A stretch of DNA of 62,901 bases from a virus (lineage: Duplodnaviria; Caudoviricetes): IMG/VR virus record IMGVR_UViG_3300025120_000044, positions 1 to 62,901 of that record. One strand, written 5' to 3'. How positions within the stretch are numbered: the stretch's first letter is position 1; the number at the start of each line of letters is the position of its first letter. The notes under the pieces were generated by a model. The model saw only the letters and a list, made by a program, of their open reading frames with translations, did not search any database and was not told the DNA's origin. The translations under genes and the position numbers were made by a program. Below are positions 17,601 through 30,608 of the stretch, piece by piece.

Positions 17601-19360
17601 GCTGTTGCAATTGCTGAGTCTTGTGTTGCAACCCAAGAACCTGAACGTCGAGTATAAACTTTGTTACCATCGTTAGTGTCAAACCAAATGTCGCCTTCAC
17701 TTGCAGAACCTGGAGCATCATCTTGATAAAAACTGTCAATCTTACCGTCTGCTGTTGATTGCGCTGTAGCTGCGTTTGTTATTGCTGTGCCGATAGAACC
17801 ATCTTGAATAGTCACCCATGCGCTTCCGTTCCAGCGGTAAAGTTTATTGCCATCATTACTGTCGACCCAAAGATCACCAGTAGCTACAGCAGTTGGAGCA
17901 TTATCTTGTACAAAAGTTTGGTTCTTCGCGTTTACTGTAGAAGTTAGAGCAGTAACAGAGGAGGTACTTGCTTTAGTTGCTATGTCATCATCATTAGATG
18001 TTATCTGTGTTTGTAATCCACTAATAGCATTAGCTACCCCATTCGTACCACCAAAACCATTTAATGCACTGTTTAAAGATGTAATAGAAGAAGTTTGACT
18101 AGTTATAGTACCTTCAGCAGATGTAAGCCTAGTGTTTAAACCACTGACTGCACTAGCTACAGTAGAGGTTCCAGAGTAACCAGACAAAGTACTTTCTAGT
18201 TCTGTAATATCGCCTGTGTGTGAGGTTATAGTCCCTTCGGCACTTGTTACCCTAGTTGTTAAAGCAGCAACAGCAGAAGCATTTGCACCTATATTTGTAT
18301 TAGCATTAGTTATAGAAGAGTTTAAAGAAGTAATATTTATTGAAGTTGATATATCTCCATTGTCACTAACACCCGCAACTAATAATAAATCAGATGCGTT
18401 TTGAGATATAGCATTACCATTAGCGTTAATTTGTGTTTGTAAAGTTGTATCAGAGGAACTAGTAGACCCGGCCGTACTTGCTGCCCAGGTACTACCGGTG
18501 TACACGAATATCTCATTACCGTTGTCGGTGTCCATCCATATATCACCAGCTTGCAAACTACTGCTGTCATCTCTAGTTGTAGGTGCAGAGGTTGCCCTTA
18601 TAACCCTAGGTGTACTTGTTGTTAAACTATTAACTGAAGCTTGGGCGGCAGCAGCTGCAGAGTTTACAGTAGCTATAGTAGTCTGTAAGTTAGCAGTAGT
18701 AGAACCTAAAGTAATAGGTATAGTTGTGTTTAATGTAGAGAAACCAGGTAGAGCACTTAACTCTTCTGAAAGAGCTTGCATTACTGCGCCTATGTCTACT
18801 TCTGTATTAGCAACCGTGCCTTCAGTAGCATTGTAAGGGCTTACTACGTCTGCAATACTTACAAACCTAACCCAATAATAATAAGTAGCTCCGTAACCTA
18901 CTTCATCAGAATATACAAAGGCATTAGTAGTAGATATAAGAGTAGCGCCACCAAGAGCATTTGCTTGCGATCTCCATATTTCTGTGTATGCGTGATTGCC
19001 GTAACTAGCTTTGTCCCAAGTTAAAAGTATGCCAGTAAAAGCTCCACTTGCTTCTAGGTTAGTAGGTGCGGGTGGGGTGGTAAGATCTCCAGGCCCACCG
19101 TCATCTGGAGGAGATATGCCATTTTCTACACCAACAGCTTTGTTTCTTACCTTTACGATACCAGAATCAGATAATTCTCTAAGAGTTACAGCTCTATCTA
19201 AAGGATCGCCACGTCTGCCTAATCTAACTTCTAATGCTTCTTTAATAGCATCGAGTGCTATCTTTAGTTCTCTGTCAGTTTTAGGAGGTATGTTTTTTAA
19301 GCCTGGAAGTTTTGTAGTCATTACACTTCCTTCAGCTCTACGATTGACTCTCCTAGACAA
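14618..19360 (-). CDS. Large tail fibre / host-specificity protein (FN3-like domain, 10 GDLWxD repeats, gpJ/DUF1983-like region)
   Basis: PPAPTNL...W...EIWRS...YYYWVRFV FN3-like domain; coiled coils; ADKFAI...PFIV..GVVYI.TARIKDGTITNAK. Probable start is ATG 19321. Confidence 0.8.
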   Translation of the reverse strand: MSRRVNRRAEGSVMTTKLPGLKNIPPKTDRELKIALDAIKEALEVRLGRRGDPLDRAVTLRELSDSGIVKVRNKAVGVENGISPPDDGGPGDLTTPPAPTNLEASGAFTGILLTWDKASYGNHAYTEIWRSQANALGGATLISTTNAFVYSDEVGYGATYYYWVRFVSIADVVSPYNATEGTVANTEVDIGAVMQALSEELSALPGFSTLNTTIPITLGSTTANLQTTIATVNSAAAAAQASVNSLTTSTPRVIRATSAPTTRDDSSSLQAGDIWMDTDNGNEIFVYTGSTWAASTAGSTSSSDTTLQTQINANGNAISQNASDLLLVAGVSDNGDISTSINITSLNSSITNANTNIGANASAVAALTTRVTSAEGTITSHTGDITELESTLSGYSGTSTVASAVSGLNTRLTSAEGTITSQTSSITSLNSALNGFGGTNGVANAISGLQTQITSNDDDIATKASTSSVTALTSTVNAKNQTFVQDNAPTAVATGDLWVDSNDGNKLYRWNGSAWVTIQDGSIGTAITNAATAQSTADGKIDSFYQDDAPGSASEGDIWFDTNDGNKVYTRRSGSWVATQDSAIATALSNAATADAKADGKVTTFVGTSAPTATAIGDLWIDTDDNNKLYRATAVGSSNWVAVNDTSGIAIHSQDNEPTGVNAGDLWFDTNDNNKQYRYNGSAWVAVDDTRLTSNATAISSLSTAVGLSGSSSTKITNLETTVNNGTTGVGAINTAVGLLTSRVEDNEDDIVATNSSITSLSGTVNTKTQTFVSTSAPTAISIGDLWIDTDDSNKLYRATAAGNSNWVAVNDTSGITVHAQTSQPTGSQEGDLWFDTDDANKQYRWSGSAWVAVVDTRVAANATAVSNLSTAVGLSGSTSTKIDALETTVDHSTTGVAATANAVSQLETTVTAIPVNFSQATAPGASGLTIGDLWVDTDDKQLYRWDGSNWQSIRDSLTSAHATLISNLRTDVDGNAADITINQTAISDETSARAAAITGVNASIATKNKTFIGTSAPNALAAGDLWIDSDDANKLYRATGTGSSNWVAVRDTANDNYPRVFTQNDPPTAINTGDIWFDTNDSNKQYRWDGSNWVLIRDVTTNASVTALSSAVTDIEGNAAAAYVLQVNANGAVAGMVIEANASDSGTGTAVQFQADKFAIWDGSGASSTNSVAPFIVDSGVVYIDTARIKDGTITNAKVGTLSADKITTGGMDAARITAGTINAARIDAQFIKSTDLSANTSTVIHGGNITTGNIDAAFLDSDLIVSSDLGSSGSTTIDGSRITTGLINADRINVTDLVLPTINRVVSGSTIGGFANNDMRLAQVGEIGTERGIYMGYVRVFGGTGQVKSLSICCGDGTYSATGSGTQLSGAADAYDNNPNSIDLGVYGSALPMTDIGGLQYHSNRAEFWAGIARFQTTTAIAQIPVTFIKRSGTSAPAHVYIHAQGDGGTRFLTKVEYAFQRLALNQPSQFTFSNQSSVAQNTVFTSNTITLSGNGFSGGTAVLTGDSTAKMSINSGTYVTGSATVQSGDTISLRVTSASSAGLARTATLTITDITDDFKVTTTSTGGGGGGGGGGPS

Positions 19361-21303
19361 ACCTCGTTTACTACTTTTGCAGTTTCTATTTCAAATGCAA
19401 AAGTTTTATGTACACTTGCAGGCAAACGTACTACGGGTTCAGTTATAGATGTAGCATTAAAACTAGGAGTAGTACCTGTGACACTAAAAACACTACCGCT
19501 TGTAGAAATTGTAGCGTTATATATTACCGAACCATCTCCGTACACTTTTAAAGTTACCGGATATGCTTCTGCATCTACTTTTGCAAACCCCATACTAGTA
19601 TGTCGGGCCATTGGAAACTCTTTACTCTTCCAATTGTACGTAAGGTTAGTAGAACTACCTTGGAATTTTTTAATTTTATTACCTATTATTAAGTACAACT
19701 CGTTATCGTCGGGGTCAGTAAACCCGCCTCGAATTAATGCGGCTGCATCTAAATTTACAAGAGCATTTGTACCTTGTCGAGGGTCAAATATAAATCCACC
19801 AAAACCCGAACCGGTATTGTAAAACCCTACATATCTACCCTGCCAGTAAAAACCAGTTATAGTAGAAGGGTAGTAATCACTTTGCCATTGTTCTGGAGTT
19901 ATTAAACCTTCTGTTATATTAGACGCTTGGGCACCAGAAGCTGCAATCAAGCCATCGGGCCCTGCATATATTACTGTTTCACCCATATCTACCATAGACC
20001 TTTTACTCAAACACGCTTCTGCTGTTTCTATTTTTATAGCAATCATGGCTGAAGGGTCGCTGCCCGTTACTAAGTAAGGAGTGCTTTCTGTACCTACAAT
20101 AAGCCCATTAGAAGTAGCTTTTATACCTACTATTTTTTCTTCTATACCTAATCTATATGCGGCAGGCCAAGCGTGTGGCTGATAAGCTTCACTAAAACAT
20201 ATTCTATTACCTGTAAAACCAGCAAAAGTACCATTGCCTAAAGCTAACAACCCTTTCATAGGACCATCTGGATATAAAGCGCTGTCATCTGGCGGTGCAA
20301 TCCAAGTGCTAGAGGGTAAAACTTCGGCTAATTCACTATTTTTAGAAACGTCCGTGTAGGTCGTAGCTGACAAAGCAAGTTCTGCTACAAACTGAAACTG
20401 TGTAGAGTTAGAACCAGTATTAGATCTATATATTCTTTTCTTTGATAGGTTAGTATTAGTGATACTAGTGGAAGTTTCTAACGCGGATAAAGCTACAGTC
20501 ATATTATCATCTGTAGTTATAACAGTAGAAGCAGGCGAAGGCGGGCCTTCTTCTCCGTATGCAGATACAAAAGTGTATACGTAGGAAGTTTCATAATCTA
20601 ACTCTGCGTCTGAATTACCACCAAGTGCTACACCGTTTGCTACAGAGGCACTATTACCCGTACCCGTTGCAGCAGCAGATAATTCTACTGTTAGAGTAGA
20701 AACACTAGGCACTGTCTTTATTTTATAATTACCATTTATATCTGCAGCAGCTACTCCCTGCGTTGTAGCAAAACCTGTAAGTGTTATGTATTCACCTACA
20801 GAAGCACTATGGGCGGTAGCTGAGCCACTTGTAGAAGTAGTAATAGTGATTGTGGAACTCTCATTTACAAATGCAATAATGCCATCAAACTGTGTTTGTC
20901 CTACTGGAGCTACTGTTGGAGCGGCTGTTGGGGCAGGTATACCCAATCTGTAAGCAGCATTAGGGTACACAGAACCACCAATTATGTCTGAAGATCTACC
21001 CATTTTAGGGAAAGTTTGACCTGACCAATATAACGTGTCGTTAGTGTCTCCAGGAATAGCACTACGCACGACGTTAACATCTTCGTCAAATTGTAGCCAA
21101 CGTTCTGGGCTATCTGTGTATTTAAAAATGCTTTGTCTAGAAGAATTAGAAAGGGTAAGAGTATCAGAATTATCTCTTATAGGTACTAAACGCCCACTTT
21201 CAAGATTTACGTCGGTAGCAGTTGTAGCTAACTCATCTTTTAATAGACGGGGAGAAGCTTTAGGAGCAAGTCCTCCAAAGGTGTTAAGTTTAATATATGC
21301 CAT
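19321..21303 (-). CDS. Tail tubular / nozzle (stabilisation) protein
   Basis: F.GLAP..SPRLL, YVYTFVSAYGEEGPPSP, FSE...PHAWP motifs typical of podovirus tail proteins. Confidence 0.65.
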   Translation of the reverse strand: MAYIKLNTFGGLAPKASPRLLKDELATTATDVNLESGRLVPIRDNSDTLTLSNSSRQSIFKYTDSPERWLQFDEDVNVVRSAIPGDTNDTLYWSGQTFPKMGRSSDIIGGSVYPNAAYRLGIPAPTAAPTVAPVGQTQFDGIIAFVNESSTITITTSTSGSATAHSASVGEYITLTGFATTQGVAAADINGNYKIKTVPSVSTLTVELSAAATGTGNSASVANGVALGGNSDAELDYETSYVYTFVSAYGEEGPPSPASTVITTDDNMTVALSALETSTSITNTNLSKKRIYRSNTGSNSTQFQFVAELALSATTYTDVSKNSELAEVLPSSTWIAPPDDSALYPDGPMKGLLALGNGTFAGFTGNRICFSEAYQPHAWPAAYRLGIEEKIVGIKATSNGLIVGTESTPYLVTGSDPSAMIAIKIETAEACLSKRSMVDMGETVIYAGPDGLIAASGAQASNITEGLITPEQWQSDYYPSTITGFYWQGRYVGFYNTGSGFGGFIFDPRQGTNALVNLDAAALIRGGFTDPDDNELYLIIGNKIKKFQGSSTNLTYNWKSKEFPMARHTSMGFAKVDAEAYPVTLKVYGDGSVIYNATISTSGSVFSVTGTTPSFNATSITEPVVRLPASVHKTFAFEIETAKVVNEVCLGESIVELKEV

Positions 21304-21310
21304 TTTTTCA

Positions 21311-21763
21311 TTATACAGTATTCAGAACTGATTCTTGCAGTTCTCGACTCCTTCTTCCTACTTGGTTAAACCATCTGCTGTCTTCCATTTCAGCTGCCAT
21401 TTGTTTCCAATCATGTGATCTACATGCTTTTAACATGTTACGGAACTTAGAAAGTCTAGTCCCTCCTAGATTAAAGCACATATTAACTATGACGTGTTGG
21501 ATATTTTCGGGTAACTTGTAAAAATCTTCTTCTGTACCAAACACGTGTATGGCTTCATCTACGTGCTTAGCAAAATCATCTTCATAATACAGATCAACAA
21601 CTTCTTGTGACACTTTAGTACCAACTTCCCAATCGTATTCAGGATCATTAGGTTGGCATAGATGCCCGACACCTAATGTTTTGTAGCCTAGGCTATCTTT
21701 ATAAATTTCTAAAACTTCGCCTTCGTGTCTTTTAATCTCTTCTTTTAGTTGTTCTACATTCAT
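21311..21763 (-). CDS. T4-like lysozyme (GH24) endolysin
   Basis: HEG....YKDSLGYKTLGVGHL (E/D/T triad), NMCFNLG, FRNML, DSRW..QVGRR. Confidence 0.9.
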   Translation of the reverse strand: MNVEQLKEEIKRHEGEVLEIYKDSLGYKTLGVGHLCQPNDPEYDWEVGTKVSQEVVDLYYEDDFAKHVDEAIHVFGTEEDFYKLPENIQHVIVNMCFNLGGTRLSKFRNMLKACRSHDWKQMAAEMEDSRWFNQVGRRSRELQESVLNTV

Positions 21764-22038
21764 GGTGTTATTATCCTGTCGTCTACTGACTTAATCTTGT
21801 CTTCTTTTAAAAAGACTTGCAGTTCCGTTACGGTTGTTTTTTGTGCTGCTTCTACCTTTCGTAAGTTAAAATCAGCGTCTTGCCATTCACTTTGTAATCT
21901 AACTAACATGTTAAATTGCTGAGCTACTCGGTCAGTCATCTGGGTTATATCGTATTGTTTACCATCAAAGTTGATTAACTGTGGTAATTTGCTTTCGGCT
22001 TTAGCCATAGGTACCTCCTTATAAAAAGCTAGACCCAA
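21760..22038 (-). CDS. Hypothetical protein (probable start ATG 22008)
   Basis: AGGAGG RBS before MAKAESK; INFDGKQYD followed by a coiled coil. Confidence 0.55.
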   Translation of the reverse strand: MGLAFYKEVPMAKAESKLPQLINFDGKQYDITQMTDRVAQQFNMLVRLQSEWQDADFNLRKVEAAQKTTVTELQVFLKEDKIKSVDDRIITP

Positions 22039-22201
22039 TGATAAGGACGTATACGCCTATAATCATTGTTGTGAACTTAGTGTCCATACGGTCAAACTTA
22101 GCATCTCCTTTGTCTAAGCGCTTTTCTATAGCAGTGTATCGAATATTACACTCTCTTTCGTGTGATTCGATTTTTGCCAATGTTTCTTTAACCGTAGCCA
22201 T
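22019..22201 (-). CDS. Coiled-coil plus C-terminal TM protein (XhlA-like / holin-like)
   Basis: MATVKE...HERECNIRY..IEKRL...MIIGVYVLIIGSSFL; located next to the endolysin. Confidence 0.55.
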   Translation of the reverse strand: MATVKETLAKIESHERECNIRYTAIEKRLDKGDAKFDRMDTKFTTMIIGVYVLIIGSSFL

Positions 22202-22208
22202 AAAAGGA

Positions 22209-22367
22209 TTATAGGCCAAAAAGCGCTGTAACACCAAATGATACCCCCATAAACATAAGTAGTATCTTTACAGGGAACAAGAATATAAAGAATACTCTAG
22301 CTACTTTACGTTTTTTAGATATTTCTGACCAAGGAGGTAGCCCTGGTGGGTTTTTTAAATTAATCAT
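22209..22367 (-). CDS. 52-aa membrane protein (not in ORF track)
   Basis: MINLKNPPGLPPWSEISKKRKVARVFFIFLFPVKILLMFMGVSFGVTALFGL*; ATGA overlap with the upstream gene. Confidence 0.6.
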   Translation of the reverse strand: MINLKNPPGLPPWSEISKKRKVARVFFIFLFPVKILLMFMGVSFGVTALFGL

Positions 22368-23092
22368 ACGAACTCCACTGTGAAAGGCCTATTTAATAAT
22401 ATGCTAAATCCCGTAAGTGTCATGTTGCCACCAATACCTGTATAAACGCTCCATTGTCTTTTGCCGGAGGTATAAGTGTACGTAAAGTCACTCCTGGGAT
22501 ATGTAAAAGTAAAGTTATAAAACGTACTGCTTCCTGATGTAGTACTACCACCTGGGTATAAGCTTCTTAGATACATAGTAGTCCACCCAGAATTAGAATT
22601 ACTAGCCGAAACTTCAATGTAGCTTGTGCCGCCAAATCCACTAGCTGCCATATATAGAGCATGAAGAGTACTACCACTAGGGAAACTAGCTACGCCAGTC
22701 AGGCTGATTCCACTAGTACCACCACTAGAACCTAAACCAAAATTACCAAAACCTCCTCCACTGTTTGCGTTCAAAAAAGCTGCGCCGGACCCGGTAGGAG
22801 AGCTAACTCCAGTATATGTAACTGTTGATGCACCTTTACTAGTACCTGTGGTTACTGCCTGATTATGGCTTATCATGCCGGCTGTCCCACCAAAATCTCG
22901 GGCTTGTAAAGTTTGTGAACCAGCTGTAGTAATAGCGTTAACGGCCTGGTTAGCCCTAGGCGTCATTTTTCTATATTCGTTCCAGGTAACATTACTGTTA
23001 GATTTAGCACTAACACCTTGATCTGGTGTACGGTATTCTGCTGCTATTTCAGCTGCATCAATATTGCTTGTTTTATCTATAAAACCAGACAT
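22364..23092 (-). CDS. G/S/T-rich putative virion or fibre-tip protein
   Basis: Low-complexity beta-rich composition; last gene of the collagen-fibre cluster. Confidence 0.45.
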   Translation of the reverse strand: MSGFIDKTSNIDAAEIAAEYRTPDQGVSAKSNSNVTWNEYRKMTPRANQAVNAITTAGSQTLQARDFGGTAGMISHNQAVTTGTSKGASTVTYTGVSSPTGSGAAFLNANSGGGFGNFGLGSSGGTSGISLTGVASFPSGSTLHALYMAASGFGGTSYIEVSASNSNSGWTTMYLRSLYPGGSTTSGSSTFYNFTFTYPRSDFTYTYTSGKRQWSVYTGIGGNMTLTGFSILLNRPFTVEFV

Positions 23093-23724
23093 TAATAATA
23101 CTCCATAGAATATTTTTCAAACACTACATTATATTCAGATTTTACCCCATCCCAATCCTGTCCACTAGTGCTGTAGTTTTGTGTGACCTGACCTAAATGT
23201 TTTAAAGTATCCCAGTTTCTTATATTACATTCTTCTATAGGACCAAAATGGTTTTTATAAGCCATAAAAGTATCGTTCATAGGAGATCCTACATCGCAAT
23301 AGCTATAAGCAATAGTTGCGCCTAAACTTTTTTCATTCGTAGCTCTATTATTATGATATTCAGGATTACGCATAAAACCCCTAGTGCCGTCTTTGTCGGG
23401 TCTAATTAAAGTATTACACAAATGATATGCGCCATCTTGTATGTACCCTAAAGTAATATTTACAAGATAACCGTTTACGTGCATAGAGAATACAACACCA
23501 CCGTTTTGTCCTGAAGCGTAATACATACAAAGATTTGTCCAGTACATTGCGTGGAGGTTAGGATCTGCAGCTTGTACTTCTTCTTTTGTAAAGTCTGCGC
23601 CTGGATAGTTATAGGTACCTTTATTAAAAAAACCTACTGAGTTTAAGTATAAATCTTCTATAACCCCAGTAATATACAGTTCGGTTATATCATCTGTAGT
23701 AAGTATTTTATCTTCAAATTCCAT
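23092..23724 (-). CDS. Hypothetical protein
   Basis: 210-aa ORF in an operon; no confident family. Confidence 0.5.
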   Translation of the reverse strand: MEFEDKILTTDDITELYITGVIEDLYLNSVGFFNKGTYNYPGADFTKEEVQAADPNLHAMYWTNLCMYYASGQNGGVVFSMHVNGYLVNITLGYIQDGAYHLCNTLIRPDKDGTRGFMRNPEYHNNRATNEKSLGATIAYSYCDVGSPMNDTFMAYKNHFGPIEECNIRNWDTLKHLGQVTQNYSTSGQDWDGVKSEYNVVFEKYSMEYY

Positions 23725-23727
23725 ACT

Positions 23728-25575
23728 TTACAGTATATCGCCTTTGTACCTCTGTGACCATATAGTAAGACTGTACTTAGTGCCTTCAATAAGTTCTACA
23801 CATTCGTGTGGGTGTGTTACTTGTCCTGGGAATAAAAGCAGTTTACCTACAGGTATATCAGCGTTACTTATATTCTGCCTAGGGAAAATTAACTCGCCAC
23901 CTTTATAGTTTTTATTTAATTTTACTGAGCCCGTTACGTGCGAAGAGTCATGGTGTAGAGCTAATTTAGTTTGTGAATCTGTAGAATACTTAAGCATAAA
24001 AGCATCTCTTACACCGTCTACAACTAATGGGTTCCAGTATCTTTCTATAATAGGTTTAACTTTTGCTTGCCAATGTTCTTCTAGTTCTTCGTATAACCCT
24101 AATTGTTTTAGTCTTATCTCTTGTGCTGGGTAACTATCTAAAGGTAAACTTTGCCACTCTCCCCATTGTTCTGCTATTTCTATCATTCTTTGGCATTGAT
24201 GTTCTGACATAAAATCAACAATAAGCATATCTTTGTCTAATACTTCACACTCATCATTAGGTGTGTGAAATAAATTTTGAGGTGTTGAGTACATTTGATT
24301 GTAGATACGCTCAAAATTAACCTTAGCATTATCATCTCCATTGCCGTGATATACACAGGGGCAACAAGTAGTTTCTTGATTCCATAACTGGGTACCTAAC
24401 ATCGTTATATTAGGCTCGTGACACTGAAATATATAAGCTTCTATATCTAATCCTATGTCATAAATACCTTCTAGATATGCTTGTTGGTAGAAAAGTTGGT
24501 CATCTTGATGGTCTTCTATAGGCCCATGAGCTAATATTTTTTTTATTTCGCCCACTTCACCTATAAACGTACCAGAATTAAGATATCTATACCTGGTATG
24601 TGAGGATGGAAACTGGTTACCTATGCTAGGATCAGGCCAACACACTTCTTCTGCAGCAAAAAGTACTTTATGCCCCATGTCTAAGTACCTTTCTTTGATT
24701 GTTTCTAAGCTATCTGCATAAAAAACATCGTACGAATCTGTGAAGAGTAAAATATCCGTGTCCGCAAGTTCTCCTATGTTCTGTTTTAGTATGTTTACTT
24801 TCTGTCCACCACCTGGACCTGTCATATCTGTACCTTTCCACTCCACACCAAAACCCCAATTGGTAATTGTTATGTCATGTTTAGAAGCAGACTGGTATAG
24901 CCTCTTCATTTTATTGACGTCTGTGCCTATCGTTACTACGTGTATTGTCATATCTCTCCTATCGTTACGTATGTCAGAGGGTAGCACATCTGTAGTCGCT
25001 TGGTTGCAAGAGTCTTCCTGCAAGGCAAGAGCCATAAGACTACCCTCTCTGATTTGTTCAGGTATATACTCGTCTACTGGTATTATACCTTCTTCCATTA
25101 TATTAGTATTTAAAAGCTTTCGTGCACCTTTTGGTGAGATCACATACGCCGTTGTGTTGTATGGGTACCAAGGTCTTTCTAGTCTATCAGATACTTTTAT
25201 AGTGTTCTCTGGTTCGTTTTCATTGCGTTGTAGGTACAGTAGGTCCCAGTACCCTATTGTGTGGTCATAAAAAGGTTCGTCCCATCTATCTACATTTATA
25301 ATGGCATCGTCTTCTATTACATATATAGGTTCATTTAACTCTATACATTTTTGCCACATTTTTCTATGTGATAAGAAACAAGCTATTTCTGTAGGAACAA
25401 TACCTCTATTTTGAAATGGGTCTATCCACCCTGGTCTAGTTTTATAGTTAGATAAATCTTGTGCTAAACCGTCTACAGCTTCTACAAATGTGTAGTCTTT
25501 TAGTGTTGTATTTTTTGCTATAAAGTGCTGTCTGCGTTCAGGCCTACTCTTTAAATTAATTACAAATTTTTGCAT
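23728..25575 (-). CDS. Three-domain collagen-modifying enzyme: GT25 (COLGALT-like) + PLOD-type glycosyltransferase + lysyl-hydroxylase-like 2OG-Fe(II) dioxygenase
   Basis: GT25: INL..RPERR, EAVDG, EIACFLSH, EDDA, WDLLYL, AYVIS..GARKLL, PVDEYIP. PLOD-GT: GGGQKV, FTDSYD, FAAE..CWP, YLNSGTFIG, DDQLFY, HGNG. Hydroxylase: HHDSS, Y.GG...F, FPG..THPHE, GTKY. Confidence 0.88.
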   Translation of the reverse strand: MQKFVINLKSRPERRQHFIAKNTTLKDYTFVEAVDGLAQDLSNYKTRPGWIDPFQNRGIVPTEIACFLSHRKMWQKCIELNEPIYVIEDDAIINVDRWDEPFYDHTIGYWDLLYLQRNENEPENTIKVSDRLERPWYPYNTTAYVISPKGARKLLNTNIMEEGIIPVDEYIPEQIREGSLMALALQEDSCNQATTDVLPSDIRNDRRDMTIHVVTIGTDVNKMKRLYQSASKHDITITNWGFGVEWKGTDMTGPGGGQKVNILKQNIGELADTDILLFTDSYDVFYADSLETIKERYLDMGHKVLFAAEEVCWPDPSIGNQFPSSHTRYRYLNSGTFIGEVGEIKKILAHGPIEDHQDDQLFYQQAYLEGIYDIGLDIEAYIFQCHEPNITMLGTQLWNQETTCCPCVYHGNGDDNAKVNFERIYNQMYSTPQNLFHTPNDECEVLDKDMLIVDFMSEHQCQRMIEIAEQWGEWQSLPLDSYPAQEIRLKQLGLYEELEEHWQAKVKPIIERYWNPLVVDGVRDAFMLKYSTDSQTKLALHHDSSHVTGSVKLNKNYKGGELIFPRQNISNADIPVGKLLLFPGQVTHPHECVELIEGTKYSLTIWSQRYKGDIL

Positions 25576-26051
25576 TAGTTAAAATCTGTGGCTACCTCTA
25601 CGTCATAGTTCCAAGCATTTATGTTCATAGATACTCTTTCGCCGCTTTGTATAGGTGTTACTTTATGTTCTAACCCAGGACCAAACATGACAAGTCTATT
25701 TGACACTGGTGTTATACGCATATTGTTTTTAAATATAAGTTCGCCGCCTACTAAATCTTTTACATGTGGATAAAAAACTATAGAACATATAGGAAAATGG
25801 CTTTGTCCTGTCTTAAAAAAAGTCTGCTCATCTCTATCTTGGTGCCAATCTGGCATACCATTTCTATGAAACCATATGTCATAGCCTACTTGATTATCAA
25901 AGTTAAAATAATTACCAGCTGTCTGGGTTAAACGTCTAGCAACTATACCGTTGTCATGTTCTTCTTCTTTTTTAAAATAAGTGTGTTTGTTTTGACTGTT
26001 TACAGTCTCTAAAGTTTGAGGGTAAAAGACTTTATCTATTACTATAATCAT
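25575..26051 (-). CDS. 2OG-Fe(II) oxygenase
   Basis: WHQD (HxD), GGELIF, NRLVMF, HKVTP...GERVS. Confidence 0.85.
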   Translation of the reverse strand: MIIVIDKVFYPQTLETVNSQNKHTYFKKEEEHDNGIVARRLTQTAGNYFNFDNQVGYDIWFHRNGMPDWHQDRDEQTFFKTGQSHFPICSIVFYPHVKDLVGGELIFKNNMRITPVSNRLVMFGPGLEHKVTPIQSGERVSMNINAWNYDVEVATDFN

Positions 26052-26605
26052 TTAAACTTCGGTCCTTCTATCCAGGCTACTAAAGATTTACGTACGCCGC
26101 TAGTTACGGGCTCCACTGTATGTCGTATTGGAGAAGGAAAGCAAAATACTGTACCGCGTTGTACTAACGCAATAGGGTCGGGTTGTTCATACATAGGATC
26201 TAAAAGAAATCGTCCCCCTTTATATTCTGTAGGGTCGCTAAGTTGTATTGTTACGCTTATTTTTCTGTCAAAAGAAGTATGACCTGCCCAAAAAGTATCA
26301 TGGTGCCAATCATAGTAGCCTTCATCTGTACCTTTATATATAGTGTATTGAATATCTTCTAGATAAGAAATGTCAAAACCAAAAGCTTGTCTATTAGCTC
26401 TAGTAGCAAAGCTATAAACAAGTTTGTTTATCCACTCTACCTGTCCTGCCCATCTTACTTCAGATCTCCGTATGCTTGTATTTACATTAGAATCTGTAAG
26501 ACCTACATTAGCTTCCATAGGCTGTAGCTTTTCACATTCTTCTATTATTTTGTTGCAAGTAATAGGCGTTATGCCTCTTTCCCACATTTGCCAAAGTGAA
26601 TTCAT
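26048..26605 (-). CDS. 2OG-Fe(II) oxygenase (prolyl-hydroxylase/PKHD-like)
   Basis: RRSEV, YDWHHD, RKISVTIQLSDP.EY.GG, FPS...HTVEPVTSGVRKSLVAW. Confidence 0.9.
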   Translation of the reverse strand: MNSLWQMWERGITPITCNKIIEECEKLQPMEANVGLTDSNVNTSIRRSEVRWAGQVEWINKLVYSFATRANRQAFGFDISYLEDIQYTIYKGTDEGYYDWHHDTFWAGHTSFDRKISVTIQLSDPTEYKGGRFLLDPMYEQPDPIALVQRGTVFCFPSPIRHTVEPVTSGVRKSLVAWIEGPKFK

Positions 26606-26619
26606 AACACCTCCTGTGT

Positions 26620-30591
<3,972 letters not shown>

Positions 30592-30608
30592 CTTACATCT
30601 CCTTTATA

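Noticed and set aside
14618-23092. Diversity-generating retroelement acting on fibre genes
   Set aside because: No reverse transcriptase and no adenine-specific template/variable repeat pair were seen.
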